A stretch of 64,000 bases of DNA from Octopus sinensis. Lineage: Eukaryota. Under the pieces are notes generated by a model, which saw only the letters and a list, made by a program, of their open reading frames with translations, made no database searches and was not told the DNA's origin. A program made the translations under genes and the position numbers. Below, one piece after another: positions 50,964-64,000 of the stretch (position 1 is its first letter; each line of letters starts with the position of its first letter). The stretch covers positions 39,618,001 through 39,682,000 of the forward strand of contig NC_042997.1 of the NCBI RefSeq assembly GCF_006345805.1. The letters run 5' to 3'.

Positions 50964-51292
50964 ATATGTATGTATGTATGTATATTTTTCTTCTTCTTAT
51001 CATCATCATCCTCATCATTTATATAATATCGTAGTCTCATAATTGCTAATTTATCTCTCCATTGGTGTGAAGCCATTTGGTATCATTTATTGGCCTTCTG
51101 ACTATAGTATTATTAAAATAATAATATACCCACAATCTCATTTTTCCAGGTTCATGAAAACTTATTGGATATTTATATATGCAACAAAACCTTTCTAAAC
51201 TAGAAACCCTTAAATTAGTATTATCCCAGTCAGAATTAGAGTCCCTATGAAGGACAATCACGCTATATCAATGTATAAAAATAAATAATAAA

Positions 51293-51524
51293 TGCACCCT
51301 TTTAAAGCCTAGCCAGGCTCATGGGCCCGGTTTCCCAGTTTCAATGGCCTATGTGTTCCCCAGCTGGATGCCATACTCATTTTTGCCAGCTGAGTGGACT
51401 GGAGCAAAGTGAAATGAAGCGTCTTGCTCAAGAACACAACATGTGTCACCCGGTCCAGGAATCGAAACCACAATCTTACGATCATGATGCTGATACCCTA
51501 ACCACTAAGCCACATGCCTCCACA
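51293..51524 (-). mobile_element. SINE family D/E hybrid-type copy
   Basis: GCCTAGCCAGGCTCATGGGCCCGGTTTCCCAG tail as in family D; CTTGCTCAAGAACACAAC as in family E. Confidence 0.65.
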
Positions 51525-52710
51525 TCTCAATGTATGGTATAGTATAAAAAGCATAACCAGTAAAACCAAGCAATCAAGAACTGCTTAACAAGTTCAACCC
51601 TACAAGATTGGAGAACAATCTAACACAAGAGCACAAGATAAAAAAGAATAACAGACAATAAGTAGATCAAACTTATATTTCTATCATCATTTGTTTAATG
51701 GCAATGGTTCACAATTTTTCACCTATAGACCCATTTGATTCCTATTTTACAGGGGTGGACCTTCATAGCCATTCAATGTTTAAAAAATCCCATTATATTT
51801 TTAGAATGAAATATCATTAGGAATTGCATAAGAAATTTAGTATTTAGTGTACTGAAGAATTATAAGCAATTAATTTGTATGTAAATTTGAACAAGGAAAA
51901 ACTTTATATGGACCCCCAAGTGTCATATGGACCTTGGTTGAAAAACCACTGGCATCATGGATATCATTATGGTTTTGAAGTGAGAAAATATCAACAGTAT
52001 GTAATTAAAAAAAAAATAAAAGAATTCAGAAAGAATAAGAATTTGAAATTTACAAATGATTATCTTACCTGATATCTATATGATTCACAGAAATATGATG
52101 ACGACTGATGTCTAGTAGACTCTTGGAACTTTGGTGCTTTGAAACGTGTCCTCACCACTTTAATCCAGTCAGTTAAATCAATAAGCCAATACATTTCAGC
52201 AAAATTATTTGACAATAGATAAAATTAAGTATCTTTGGGTTCTTTTAGCTCAGCTTTTTGAAATACATTCGTTAGTAAATTGAAATTTGTAGAATGCTTG
52301 GATATCTTTTAAATATTACCGAAAACAAATTGGTATCATTATTGTTTTGTTGATGTCTTATCCATTTATAAATAGTTACTAAACATATTTTTTGCTTTTG
52401 GGATAGTTTACTTTAGGGAAAAACTGCATTTAGCTTGGAGATGGTAATGTAAGAATAGCATGAAATTATATGTAGAAATAATTGCAGACAATTGAATGTT
52501 TTCATATGTAGTTTTCATTTTTGTGGTGATACTGCCAAGAAAATTAATAGGTCAAGTACCTTACATGTAAGCAAATTTAATCCTTATGTCATATTCTAAA
52601 TATCATATTTAATCTACTTAAAAAAAAAACTGTTTTGGTACTTCATAAGCCATTTTGAAAAATAATTATTTAATTACTAAAGGATGAAACATGTGATATG
52701 AAGTTTTTCT

Positions 52711-52741
<31 letters not shown>

Positions 52742-54865
52742 GTATGTATATATATATATAAGGTGGCAAAAAGTGTTTTAGAAAACAGACAACTCTAAGG
52801 TAAAAACATAAGCAGAAATCAGAAGATTGATAAATATAAATTCCATTTTTGCAGTTTTGCCTTTGAAGATAATAAGGTTTATTCCATTCAACTGGATGTT
52901 CAATAGCATTCTAACACTTGTTAGCAAAATGATTCATATATGTTTTCAGATTTTCTTGGAACCTCCTCTTCCTGACTTTGTTTGTGTTATGCATTTCCTT
53001 CCTTTGAAATTCATATAAATATATAATATAAATAAATATATTCCTTTAACATCACTCCTTTAAGTGGCTTCTTCGAGCATCCTGAGTTTTCTGGTTTTAG
53101 CCAACATATCAACTGAACATTGTGCTTAGATGATCAAGGAGAAATGAAATTGAGATGTTAAGCCAAGTTGTGAACAAATAGTACTTCCTTTAAAGGCTAG
53201 CGGAAGATGGTTGCTTATATGCTATATATATTTACACTAATTGTTTGTTTGTTCCTGTAGAGCACCAAGTGAGATAGATTTACAATCTGAAACCAAGTAG
53301 TAATTAAAGATGATGATATCGAATCATTAACTATTAGAAAGTGAAAAGAAGGAATTATGCGGATTTACTTTGATTTGAAGAAACAGATAAAAGTTTCCAA
53401 CACCTGTGCAGTAGTTTTGAGAGAAATACTGATTTTTTTAAAGTTGCAACCACTTTCAATATAGGTCATATTTTTAACAAATATACTTGAAAACAAATTT
53501 TAAGAAATCATTTATTCACCATATTTATATTTGTATAACTTGTTAATGATCTGAATAAGTATGAAATAGTATCATGACGCATGAAATACTATCATAACTA
53601 GTTCTCTTTATCTTTATTTTTAGTTAAAAATACTAAGTATAAAACCTTTATATATCCCTTTAAAATATCTTATATTACATATGGAAATTATGAAAACACA
53701 TAACTAAGAGTGTTTAAAACCATTTGACAACATTTATTTTCCAAACGGATATGATTTTCTTAATCTTAATCAACTTTCTTTTGGAATATTGTAGGGCAAT
53801 TTCCTTTCTATTCTTAGTTTAGTGTAACTTATATAACAGGAGAATTTTCTCCATATAATCTTGATTTGATTATTGCAACTGAGCTCTCTCTCTCTTTGGT
53901 TGCCAAACAACCTGTCTTTCAGTTTCTTCTCTCTCTCCTTCTCATTCATACAAAATATGAAGGTGTTGGTTATTTTGATAAAACTAACCTTTATAAAATA
54001 CAGTTTAAATTAAATGTTTCTAATGCTTATCTTAAAGTTAAAAAGACTATTATTTTATTATATTTGCTTTCATAAACTTGAAATTATGTTCAGGAATACA
54101 TTCCTAATATTCCCTTAGTGCAACAATTCAAAGAATAACACTTGAAACCTTAAATTTAAAATTATACAGCTCCAAACAAAGGGTTGAAAAATTGGGTTTT
54201 TTTTAGTTAATAAAAATCAGCTTCTAACCAAAACTTCACTTTAAAATATTTCTTTTAATTCTAATTTTCCAATTTTATTTTAAAGCATTATTCATCGCTA
54301 ATAATGTTGTTAATGTTAGTCTAATGTTAGTTTCTTTTTTATCTTTAAGAAGAAAGGAGGTAAAGTCCATGAACTTTTCCAGGGCTTTGAGATTGGTGGG
54401 AGGGAAAGAGGAAGATGTCTCCAAATTGGAAACCTAGTGTGAATGTTTGCCACAGAGTGGATTCTGTTAAACACACTCAAGGACCAGGGAGTGGTGTCAA
54501 ACTGGGTGACAATAGAAATAATTGATCACTCACTTGATTGTGACTCACAGATTTAACATAATAGATCTGCTAGGATATAATCTGATTTGGGGCCATGCCA
54601 TACATTCTGTCAGAGTGTGCTTAGTGTTTAATTTTGTGATGTAGAGTATAACACATGGAGTCTATCACATTATAACTACTTGGGCTTCTGTCTCTACAAG
54701 AATAGGATGACAGATATACAATGCAAATCCACCTTTGTACTACTTATAAAAAAATGATCAGAAATGTTATTTCCTACTCACTCTCATACTTCAAAATGTT
54801 AAGTTTCATTGTAGGAAATAGCTAAAGTTTTTGACCACACTTTGTATGTTATTCACACACTGTTT

Positions 54866-55173
54866 TTTTTTGCCCTTTTCAAGCCTAGCCAGGTTCGTGG
54901 GCCCGGTTTCCCGGTTTCTGTGGTGTATGTGTTCCCCCCTAGCTGAACGGGATGCCAGTCCATCACAGCATTACTCAAGAAACAGGAAGAGAGAGTGAGA
55001 GAAAGTTGGGGTGAAAGAGCACAACAGAGGTCGCCACCACCCCCTGCTGGAGCCTCACGGAGCTTTTTAGGTGTTTTTGCTCAATAAACACACACAATGC
55101 CCGGTCTGGGAATCGAAACCGCAATCCTCTGACCTCGAGTCCACTGCCCTAACCACTGGGCCATTGCACCTCC
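54866..55173 (-). mobile_element. SINE family D
   Basis: Reverse complement of 27334-27636. Confidence 0.85.
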
Positions 55174-55329
55174 ACTCACACACTAATCTAAGAGTAAAAT
55201 AATAGCAAGAGAAGATTGAATACATTTTGAGGTCAGTTTAAGTTTGGAGATGACAATCAAGAATAAAAAAATACTGGAGTTAGGGACTGTGGAAAAAAGA
55301 AAGACATGTGGGCCCTTAAACCTCATTCA

Positions 55330-55900
55330 ACAAACATAGAGAGCAACAGTTTCTTTAGTAGCATAGCTCTATTCATGGACAAATCCCAAGAGAAATAATG
55401 TTCTTTACATTAGGAAACATTTTGATTGTGATTTGCATGCTATCCTCTTCACAAAATCGTCTGTTCATAGGTTTTATCAGTTTCTTAACTTTTAAATGGA
55501 TATTTTTTGCCAGACCACTCCATTGCAGGGATCTCTTTGAATGACTTCTATCAACTGTTTTATCAAACAGGGTTTAATGAAATCTCTTACACTTTTCATG
55601 CCCTGCATTAACAATCTGCTTGCTGTATTTTCTAATCACACACACACTCCTATGCAGATGAGATCACTCCTCTTCCTTTATCAATAACTTAGAAGATACC
55701 TGAACATGTGTTACTTTTATAAGCAGATAACTTGAGAAATATCCTCCACTGGAACATAACAACTTAACCTCCTTCAAAAGTACTAAGACATGCACTCTAC
55801 ATATCAAACAAACATTATAATATTATACATTCTCTATTTATGAACAACACACAATTAAAGTCTTCACTAACTTAAAAATGCTAAACTTTGCATTGTGATG
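55330..55900 (+). pseudogene. Decayed LINE RT fragment
   Basis: IKQGLMKSLTLFMPCINNLL...HTHSYADEIT corresponds to the PQG...YADD blocks. Confidence 0.55.
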
Positions 55901-56469
55901 ACCTTTCGTGGTAAATATGCATCCATCTTTGTATACTATAGTCAAATCTACATCTCAAAAATTAGGTTTTTTTTCTCAGAATTAGAAAATATTTTACGGA
56001 GATGTATTTGCATAGCAAGTGACCTGATCTGAGATCGTGTGCTGGAACGAAAACAATTACAGCGTGGAAGGTGTTTATAAGCCATTTAAGAAACACACAA
56101 AAACCGTTAGATTCACTTCAACATTTAAATTTAATTTGTCAAAATATTTTCATTGCTTTGAGACTGCGACCTGTTCACTGACAAAATTCCATGCTGCAAA
56201 TATTTTACCTGTAGACAATTGCCAGCCATAAAAAAAGTGCAGCTTCTATTAAAGTACTGTTCACACATTAGGGGACAGCACATCTACTATTGCAAACATT
56301 GTAGATGACATCTAAAAATGGATCATATGATTGATTGGCAAGCTTGTTACCCTCTTTTGGTCATTTTACAAGTTTTTTGTTCCTTTTATCAAGGAAGTTG
56401 CATCCTAAGTCTAACAAATGTACTTACCTCTTCACCTCTCATCAGCCTTATCATCAGTGATACCTTAAC

Positions 56470-56935
56470 TTCTTTGCGCCAGTGGCACATAAAAGGCACC
56501 ATTCGAGTGTGATTGTTACCAGCGTCGTCTTACTGGCACTTGTGCCCCATGCTAGTAGGGTGCTAAGAGCACCATCTGAGTGTGATCGTTGCCAGAGTGG
56601 CTAACTGGCTTCCGTGCCGGTGGCATGTAAAAGGCACCATTCAAGTGTGATCATTACCAGCATTGCCTTACTGGCACCTGTGCTGGTGGCATGTGTAAAA
56701 AGATTCGACCGAGGTCGTTGCCAGTTACTGCTTGACTGGCCCCCATGCTGGTGGCACGTAAAAGCACCCACTACACTCTTGGAGTGGTTGGCGTTAGCAA
56801 GGGTATCTAGCTGTATAAACTCTACCAGATCAAGATTGGAGCCTGGTACAGCCATCTGGTTCGCCAACCCTCAGTCAAATCGTCCAACCCATGCTAGCAT
56901 GGAAAGCGGATGTTAAATGATGATGATGATGATGA
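56470..56935 (+). mobile_element. SINE family B
   Basis: TAAAAGGCACC units, family B body and (GAT)n tail. Confidence 0.8.
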
Positions 56936-58084
56936 TATGACATAGTCACTGAGAACAGGAAAATAGTCCTATCTATTTTTCCTTGCCGTTCAACTTTCTG
57001 ATTCTACACTTACTTCTTTCATCCTTGGGTTCATTTTCTCTCAGCCAAACCACCACTTTTTGCTAACTATCTAATCTGTCCCCTTACTTAAATCAACCCT
57101 TCTATATCAGTTTTTTTTTCCTTCATTTCCTTATCCTCACATGAAGAACAAGAGTAATGAAACATTATATTCAATCCTTCTCATGGCAAACAAGCCTATT
57201 CTTCTTACCTTCCTATCAACTGATTGTTACTGAAGCTGACAATCCAGGAAGCAACTTGGAAATTATTACCATGGTAAACAATAATATGGTAAATAAAAAT
57301 ATAATATTTAAATACTTTAAAAAATTTTAATTGAAAGAATAGAATTACTGATATGTATTTATGTTTCCAAATAATTCATCATTACCAAAATTTATTTTAA
57401 TTAAAATTTCAGCAATATTTGAAATTTGTGTATTAAATTATGAAATACTTTCATTATTGAATATTTCCCTTCTTTTGATACTTTCATTAGTATTGAATAT
57501 CTTTCCATTTAAATATAAACATATAAAGTTATTATTCCATGCATTTGATAACACATTGTTAACACTGTAAGAATTTTCTCTATTCCACTAATCCTCTTGC
57601 ATACAAATAAAGTATTGAGTCTTTTTGGTGTCATGCCAATGAAAAATTGAAGCAGATCAATGGTATATCAGAATAACTATTTGATAGATATTTGAAAGAA
57701 TTTGTGGGGAAACGGTACAATGGCACATTGCTACAGTGGTTGAACATTTGAAAACATTCTCATTCCTGTACATACACAATACATTCTCATTAAATGTTTA
57801 TTTATATCATTGACTTGCGGTTCATAGATTAAAAATATAACTTATACTTTTTATAATATAAAACATTTTATGTTTATTTCCATTGATTTGCTGTTCTCTG
57901 TATAAATTTAATTTCAGATATTTGAATTACTGATTGTTTATGTCTGCACTTCAGTATAAATGTTTATATCTAAAAAAAGGTAAATGTATTCAATAAAGAA
58001 ATTCTTCAGAGAATGAAAGTATTTGATAATGAAAGTATGAGATAATTTGCTAAAGCGAAAGCGAAATCGAATTGAACCAGCCAG

Positions 58085-58425
58085 GATCCCTGGTCTGGTG
58101 GTACGTAAAAAGCACTTTCCGACTCGTGGCCGATGCCAGCTCCGCCTCGACTGGCTTCCGTGCCGGTGGCACATAAAATACACCAATCTGACCCGGCCGT
58201 TGCCAGCCTTGCCTGGCACCTGTGCAGGTGGCACGTAAAAAGCACCCACTACACTCACGGAGTGGTTGGTGTTAGGAAGGGCATCCAGCTGTAGAAACAT
58301 TGCCAGATAAGACTGGAGCCTGGTGCAGCCTTCTGGCTTCCCAGATCCCCAGTCGAATCGTCCAACCCATGCTAGCATGGAGAACGGACGTTAAACGATG
58401 ATGATGATGATGATGATGATGATGA
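58085..58425 (+). mobile_element. SINE family B
   Basis: Family B body and long (GAT)n tail. Confidence 0.85.
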
Positions 58426-58944
58426 TCAACATTATCAAAGTGTTGCTAATATCTTTTTTTTTGCTGAATTTGAAATTTTTTATACAGAACTGGTGGTTAA
58501 GATTTTGGCAGCCCAATGAAATGGTTATTAAAATTTTGTGAGCTCACCATTGAGTGTAGGTATTAATAGACACTTGAGATTATAGGTTGCTAAAGCTCTG
58601 AATATGCACATAGGGTTGCTTATATATATAATGTGGTGAAGATTTTTGTTTGATTTTCATCAAAAGCCGGAGATCTTATGAATATTAGATTCATAAAATA
58701 TGTGTGATTCAGGGACCATTTTAAGGTTTTGGGTATGAACATGTATGCTACAATATTCTTCAGGATAAAGGTGTATACTTAAAATTGAATTAAAAAATCT
58801 AAGTCATCAAAAGGACACTTTATCCTGCACTGATGGCCCTCTTGACCCCTCTGGGATCCCCTTTCATTAATCTTGAATAGAGTTTTACCATATGCCTAAT
58901 TCCTAGAATCCATTTCCATCACTGGGTGTATATATATGAGGGAA

Positions 58945-58977
<33 letters not shown>

Positions 58978-59095
58978 ACACACAGACACAACATGCGTGC
59001 ACACACACACACAGACACAACATGCGTGCACACACACACACAGACACAACATGCGTGCACACACACACACTCACACACACACACTCACACACACT

Positions 59096-59143
<48 letters not shown>

Positions 59144-59709
59144 GGTAACTATCAATTAAATGCATAATTGTGTTTTATGTAATTAGTTTTCATTTAAGTG
59201 GCTTCTTGGTTTATTCCATGACTGACACTCTGTAAACAGAGCTGCACAGAAGAAGAATGATAATGTCATGAAGTTTTGGAAAGATTTATTTCAATAAATA
59301 TTTGTTAGATAATGACTGAGTGCAGTATTTCTTATTGAAAGCTTAGAAGAAAACAGTTTTTTTTTTCAAATTTCTACAAAAGTATGCTCTGCTTTATAGC
59401 TTTTAGATTTGAATGGTCCTGATATGAAAAATGTCAAGAATATGCTACTTTTCTATGAAATATGATGTTACTAAATATTGCAATTTATGAGAATGGCTGC
59501 CTCTTTTTCATTGCTGCATTTGCAACCATATCAATTGATAATCCAGAATAAATACTGGTGCAGTTTATCACCTGTAACACCTCCAAAATTTAATCATAAC
59601 TGACAAGTTAGGAAAGCCAATCAAACAAGCATGTATTGCTAAATCTGGTTTCCCAGCAAATAAAATTCATTTATTTTTAAGATAAATAAAAATATAAACA
59701 TTTATAATA

Positions 59710-60180
59710 CCATAAATCCTCGAGTATTGTCCGCCTTTGAGTATAATACGCAGGGGATTTTTAGGGGGCTGTACCTCTGAAAAACCTAAACCTTGTGTAT
59801 AATACGCACTCCTTCTCTAACTTGAGTGAAGGAGGTCTATAAAACGTCCTTGGTTTGTAAAAATGTATACAGTAACGTCCTTTATTATTATTGTATATAT
59901 AACATAATGCAAACGTGTAGCTTTTTTGTGCATTTTGTTTGCAGAAAATAAAGAAATAACAGTAATAATGTTTAATAAATGTTGCTAACTGCAAATTATG
60001 GATGATTTTCACACCTGACATCACAAAATGTGTCTGAATAAACATTGCTGGACAGCAAATAGAGATTTGGACATTGTTTAGAAAATATTTTTCATTTTTA
60101 ACCTCGTATATAGTACGCACTAGGGATTTTGACCTTTAAATTTTGGGGAAAAAGTGCGGATTATACTCAAGGATTTACAG
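59710..60180. mobile_element. Tc1/mariner-pogo-like MITE (TA TSD)
   Basis: TA|CCATAAATCCTCGAGTAT ... ATACTCAAGGATTTACAG|TA imperfect TIRs. Confidence 0.75.
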
Positions 60181-60291
60181 TACTCTCATTAGAGAGTTAC
60201 AAATTTTGCATTCAGGTAATTTGTACACATTTTCACCTGTGTTGATTGGGGTACACAGCTTTGTGACTGATTAACTCAACTCTGACTTTAA

Positions 60292-60510
60292 CCCTTTAGC
60301 ATTCAGATTACTTTCTCAGATGTGATAGGTATTTATCCACATTGTTTCGAATTAATCACGTATTATCTCGTAGCATTGAGATTTTGATAATGGGATTACA
60401 TACTTTAAAATGACATTGTAGAGTCAGTGTGAGAGTCCAGATCTGGTCAGTTTCAACACAAAACAAGTAGAATATTCGGACTGGATATGGCTGGTTTAAA
60501 TGTTGAATGG
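60292..60510. mobile_element. Second piggyBac-like MITE family
   Basis: TTAA|CCCTTTAGCATT ... AATGTTGAATGG|TTAA. Confidence 0.6.
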
Positions 60511-60659
60511 TTAAGGAAATGGGCTTCACAGTAACTAAGCAGAGGCAATTTTGGAAATGCAGTGAGATGAGCAGTATTTCAAAGTTTTATAACGTTAATC
60601 TAGGAGTATTCGTACAATTCAATGAGTGCTTGTACCTTCATTTCATAAAGATTCAATTA

Positions 60660-61003
60660 TATACATCTGAGACCCCCTTTGGTCATGACACAGACCATGG
60701 GATGGCACCTAGAAAGTTACCCTCCCAAGCACAAGTCCGGGTAAGGTTGTTTATTGAAGGCCAGCAGTTGCCCATGCATACCGGCCTCCCCTCTCCATAC
60801 CACCAGTGTTATCCAAGGGAAAGGCAAAGGCCGATACAGCTTGGCACCAGTGACGTCGCAACTCATTTCTACAGCTGAGTGAACTGGAGCAACGTGAAAT
60901 AAAGTGTCTTGCTCAAGAACACAACATGCAGCCCACTCCGGGATTTGAGCTCACAACCATATGATCGTAAGCTCGACGCTCTAACCACTGAGCCATGTGC
61001 CTT
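60660..61003 (-). mobile_element. SINE family E
   Basis: Reverse complement of 41198-41545. Confidence 0.85.
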
Positions 61004-61443
61004 CACAAAGTATATACATACATTTCATTTATATACTTCATTAAGAATCTACTCTTGTTTTGCAACAAATGAAAACCCCAAACACAATAAAATGTCTATA
61101 TCCCCAAAACAGACATTAAGAAGGATAATATTTACAGGATTCTGTTTTAGAACCTGGAATTCCTATACTCTGATTACAAATTTCCCTTTTTGTGCATAAT
61201 ATTGGATATTTTGTATTTGTAACATTACCCAATAGAAGAAGCTAGGTTTCTTGGTTAAGCAAAATTAGAAAAATGCAATCTATTTTATCTTGTACAAATT
61301 TAATTTGCAAACAGGACAGTAATGAGTTTCAAGAATATTTTTTGAAGCTCAGACTCTGAGTCTACCAAGATATTATCTAAATTTGAAGAAGGGTATCGTC
61401 TTTCTTAGATGTCAACTGTTTTTTATAGAAACAATTGATAAAT

Positions 61444-61854
61444 AGGTGCAGGAGTGGCTGTGTGGTAAGTAGCTTGTTTACCAACCACATGGTTCCGGGT
61501 TCAGTCCCACTGCGTGGCATCTTGGGCAAGTGTCTTCTACTATAGCCTCGGGCCGACCAAAGCCTTGTGAGTGGATTTGGAAACTGAAAGAAGCCCGTCG
61601 TATATACGTATATATATATATATGTGTGTGTATGTTTGTGTGTCTGTGTTTGTCCCCCTAGCATTGCTTGACAACCGATGCTGGTGTGTTTACGTCCCCG
61701 TTACTTAGCGGTTCGGCAAAAGAGACCGATAGAATAAGTACTGGGCTTACAAAAGAATAAGTCCTGGGGTCGAGTTGCTCGATTAAAGGCGGTGCTCCAG
61801 CATGGCTGCAGTCACATGACTGAAACAAGTAAAAGAGTAAAAGAGTAAAGAGTA
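61444..61854 (+). mobile_element. SINE family A
   Basis: Family A sequence. Confidence 0.9.
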
Positions 61855-62134
61855 AATAGTATTCTAATTTTAATTACAATTATAATTTCTGAATATTAAT
61901 TGCATCAATCTGGCTAGTTTGAAGGGATCTGTAAAAGCTATATGTACTGTTTTTTTTTTTGCTTGGTTTGAATATAAAACAATACAGTTTTTCAAATGGC
62001 CACAAAAGACCTACAAATCATCCTTAGAATAAGCAAATATATTTCATGTGGATCCCAGAAAGGAAAGAATAGCAGTAAATTATTCAATGTTTGGTATACA
62101 GATTGTCACAAAGAATATTATTATTATGATTATC

Positions 62135-62171
<37 letters not shown>

Positions 62172-62751
62172 AGACAAAAACAAAATAGAAACAAAAAAAC
62201 AATAAATGTAATGGCCAGAAAGAGTAAACTTGCATCAAGATTGCAATCTTGAAATTCGATACACATTCTCCCAAACAGCTGTCCCTCACATATCTGTTTG
62301 CAATCCAACCATGACTTGTATATGCCCACAACTACTCTCCATCAAGTTTCCTTTCTTCATACAGTCACTGTGTAGAATACACATTCTTTTTTCAGCTTAT
62401 AACCATTTTGTTTTTAAAGCACTAATCAAGAAACTTGATATCTTTTCTTCTTGATGAATCTTATCTAAATGAAATTTATACTATGCTATATACTGCAATA
62501 TAGTATACCAGAGCACTATCCCATCATAATGTTTTGTTATCATTTTAGTTATATTCAATATTACGTTGAGTTTTAAAGTTTAATTCTATCAAGTCCCTGT
62601 TACTTTTAATCTACTACTTAACATTTTTTCACAACAACATTTTTGCTTGAGCACATTTTGTTTTTATAGTATCAATAATGCAACTTCTAATGTTTCCTCA
62701 ACAAATATTTAATTTTAGGATAGAATTATAACGAAAAGGTTAATAATCCCA

Positions 62752-63185
62752 TCATCATCATCATCATCATGACCATCATTAAACACCCTCCTTCCGAGCT
62801 GGCATGGGTTGGATGATTTGACAGGAGCTGACCAGCCAGGAGTCTGCACCATATTCTGTCTGATTGACTCCTGTGTCGGTGGCATGTAAAAAGCACTATC
62901 CGAATGTGATCAATGCCAAAACCATCTGACTGGCTTCCATGCCAGTGGCATGTAAAAAGCATTATCTGAACGTGATCAATGCCAGGGCTGCCTGACTGGC
63001 TCCTGTTCTGTAAAAAGCACCCACTACAATCTCAGAGTGGTTGGCATTAGGAAGGACATCCAGCTGTAGAAACCTTGCCAGATCAGATTGGAGCCTGGTG
63101 CAGCCACTGGCTTTCCAGACCCCAGTAAAACAGTTCAACCCATGCCAGCATGGAGAAACACATGTTAAACAATGATGATGATGTT
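62752..63185. mobile_element. SINE family B in inverted (tail-out) arrangement
   Basis: 62752-62860 is a minus-strand family B tail; 62870-63185 is a plus-strand copy. Confidence 0.7.
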
Positions 63186-64000
63186 TTGGCATGGTTTCTT
63201 TTTATGGTCCTTTCTAACACCAGCCACTCTGCAGAGTGGGCTGAGTGCTTTCTATGTGACACCAGCACAGGTGAAGTCATTTATATAGGTATTTATAAAT
63301 AGAAAATTACTCCTACTGTTTCTCTGATGAAGTAAAACTTTGCATACCTGCAGGAAAATTCACATTTCAAAATCAGTGGTTTGATATTATATTGACACAG
63401 TTAATATATCTGGTAATCTCTAATTGCCTCTCTTAATCCATTCATTTTACTAAATTTCTTTCTATAATGTTGCTCAAATTGTTCACACCTCTTCTATTAT
63501 CACAATAAATGTGTGAACAAAAAGGAATTGAGATTCCTTTTGATAAAATAAATGCGTCATTATAGTCTTTATGATTTAGATAGAGATTTCTCTGCTAAAA
63601 CAAGAATCCAGACTAATTCTATTGTAGTTTTAGTAGGTATACTATTTTGCTGAAGACTTGTCAGTAAACTCAATATTTAAAACCACGCAGTACTTGAATT
63701 ATTATTAAAGGTCGAAGCATATGCTGTCCAGGTGAAAAAGAGAAGGAGTTATAGAGGTTGAGGGTATGGTTGGTAACGCACACATGATGAGCTTCTTTCA
63801 ACTTCTGTCATCTACCAAATCCACTCTTGATGCTTTAATTAACCTGGGGCTATAGTAGAAAACATTTACTGAAGATGCTACACAGTGGGACTGAACCCAA
63901 AACCATCTACCTATGGATAGATATTCAATGAAAGGGATTTTAGGCCAAAACAAATGGATTAATGACTACAAGTTTATTTCACAAGTCATACAAGTGTAAA

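Noticed and set aside
53261-53345. Plus-strand terminal exons at 53261 (APSEIDLQSETK*) and 59240-59297 (AAQKKNDNVMKFWKDLFQ*)
   Set aside because: Short frames after an AG are expected often in AT-rich DNA; they cannot be linked to an upstream exon.
57150-57272. Open frame SFSWQTSLFFLPSYQLIVTEADNPGSNLEIITM with gtaaac donor
   Set aside because: No convincing acceptor; any domain resemblance is too weak to call.

Overview
Eukaryotic, AT-rich, repeat-dominated genomic DNA with no prokaryotic gene structure, no rRNA or true tRNA genes and no CRISPR. The repeat families and (TA)n/(CA)n/(TATC)n load look like octopus (coleoid cephalopod) DNA; this is recognition from memory, not a database result. 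Nearly all six-frame ORFs are microsatellite or SINE read-throughs. The real coding remnants are transposon-derived: a hAT/Charlie element with perfect TIRs and an 8-bp TSD (8143-10295), a near full-length CR1-like LINE ORF2 (about 22.2-25.45 kb) followed by a second LINE 3' end, a mariner (32.1-33.2 kb), a Chapaev3-like remnant (36.1-36.8 kb) and several decayed RT fragments. There are at least five tRNA-derived or RTE-tailed SINE families, Helitron-like non-autonomous elements, and piggyBac-like and Tc1/pogo-like MITEs. No host gene could be identified; only low-confidence candidate exons are offered. The most interesting unexplained structure is a set of elements sitting inside (TA)n tracts that form long fold-backs and carry minimal hammerhead-ribozyme motifs with variant cores (30.8 kb, 49.5 kb on both strands, 50.8 kb), typical of Penelope-like retroelement repeats. 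One of them encloses a 255-bp near-perfect inverted copy of neighbouring DNA. Also notable: a shared SINE-LINE 3' tail, and a LINE whose frameshifts almost all fall in homopolymer runs, so it may be intact.
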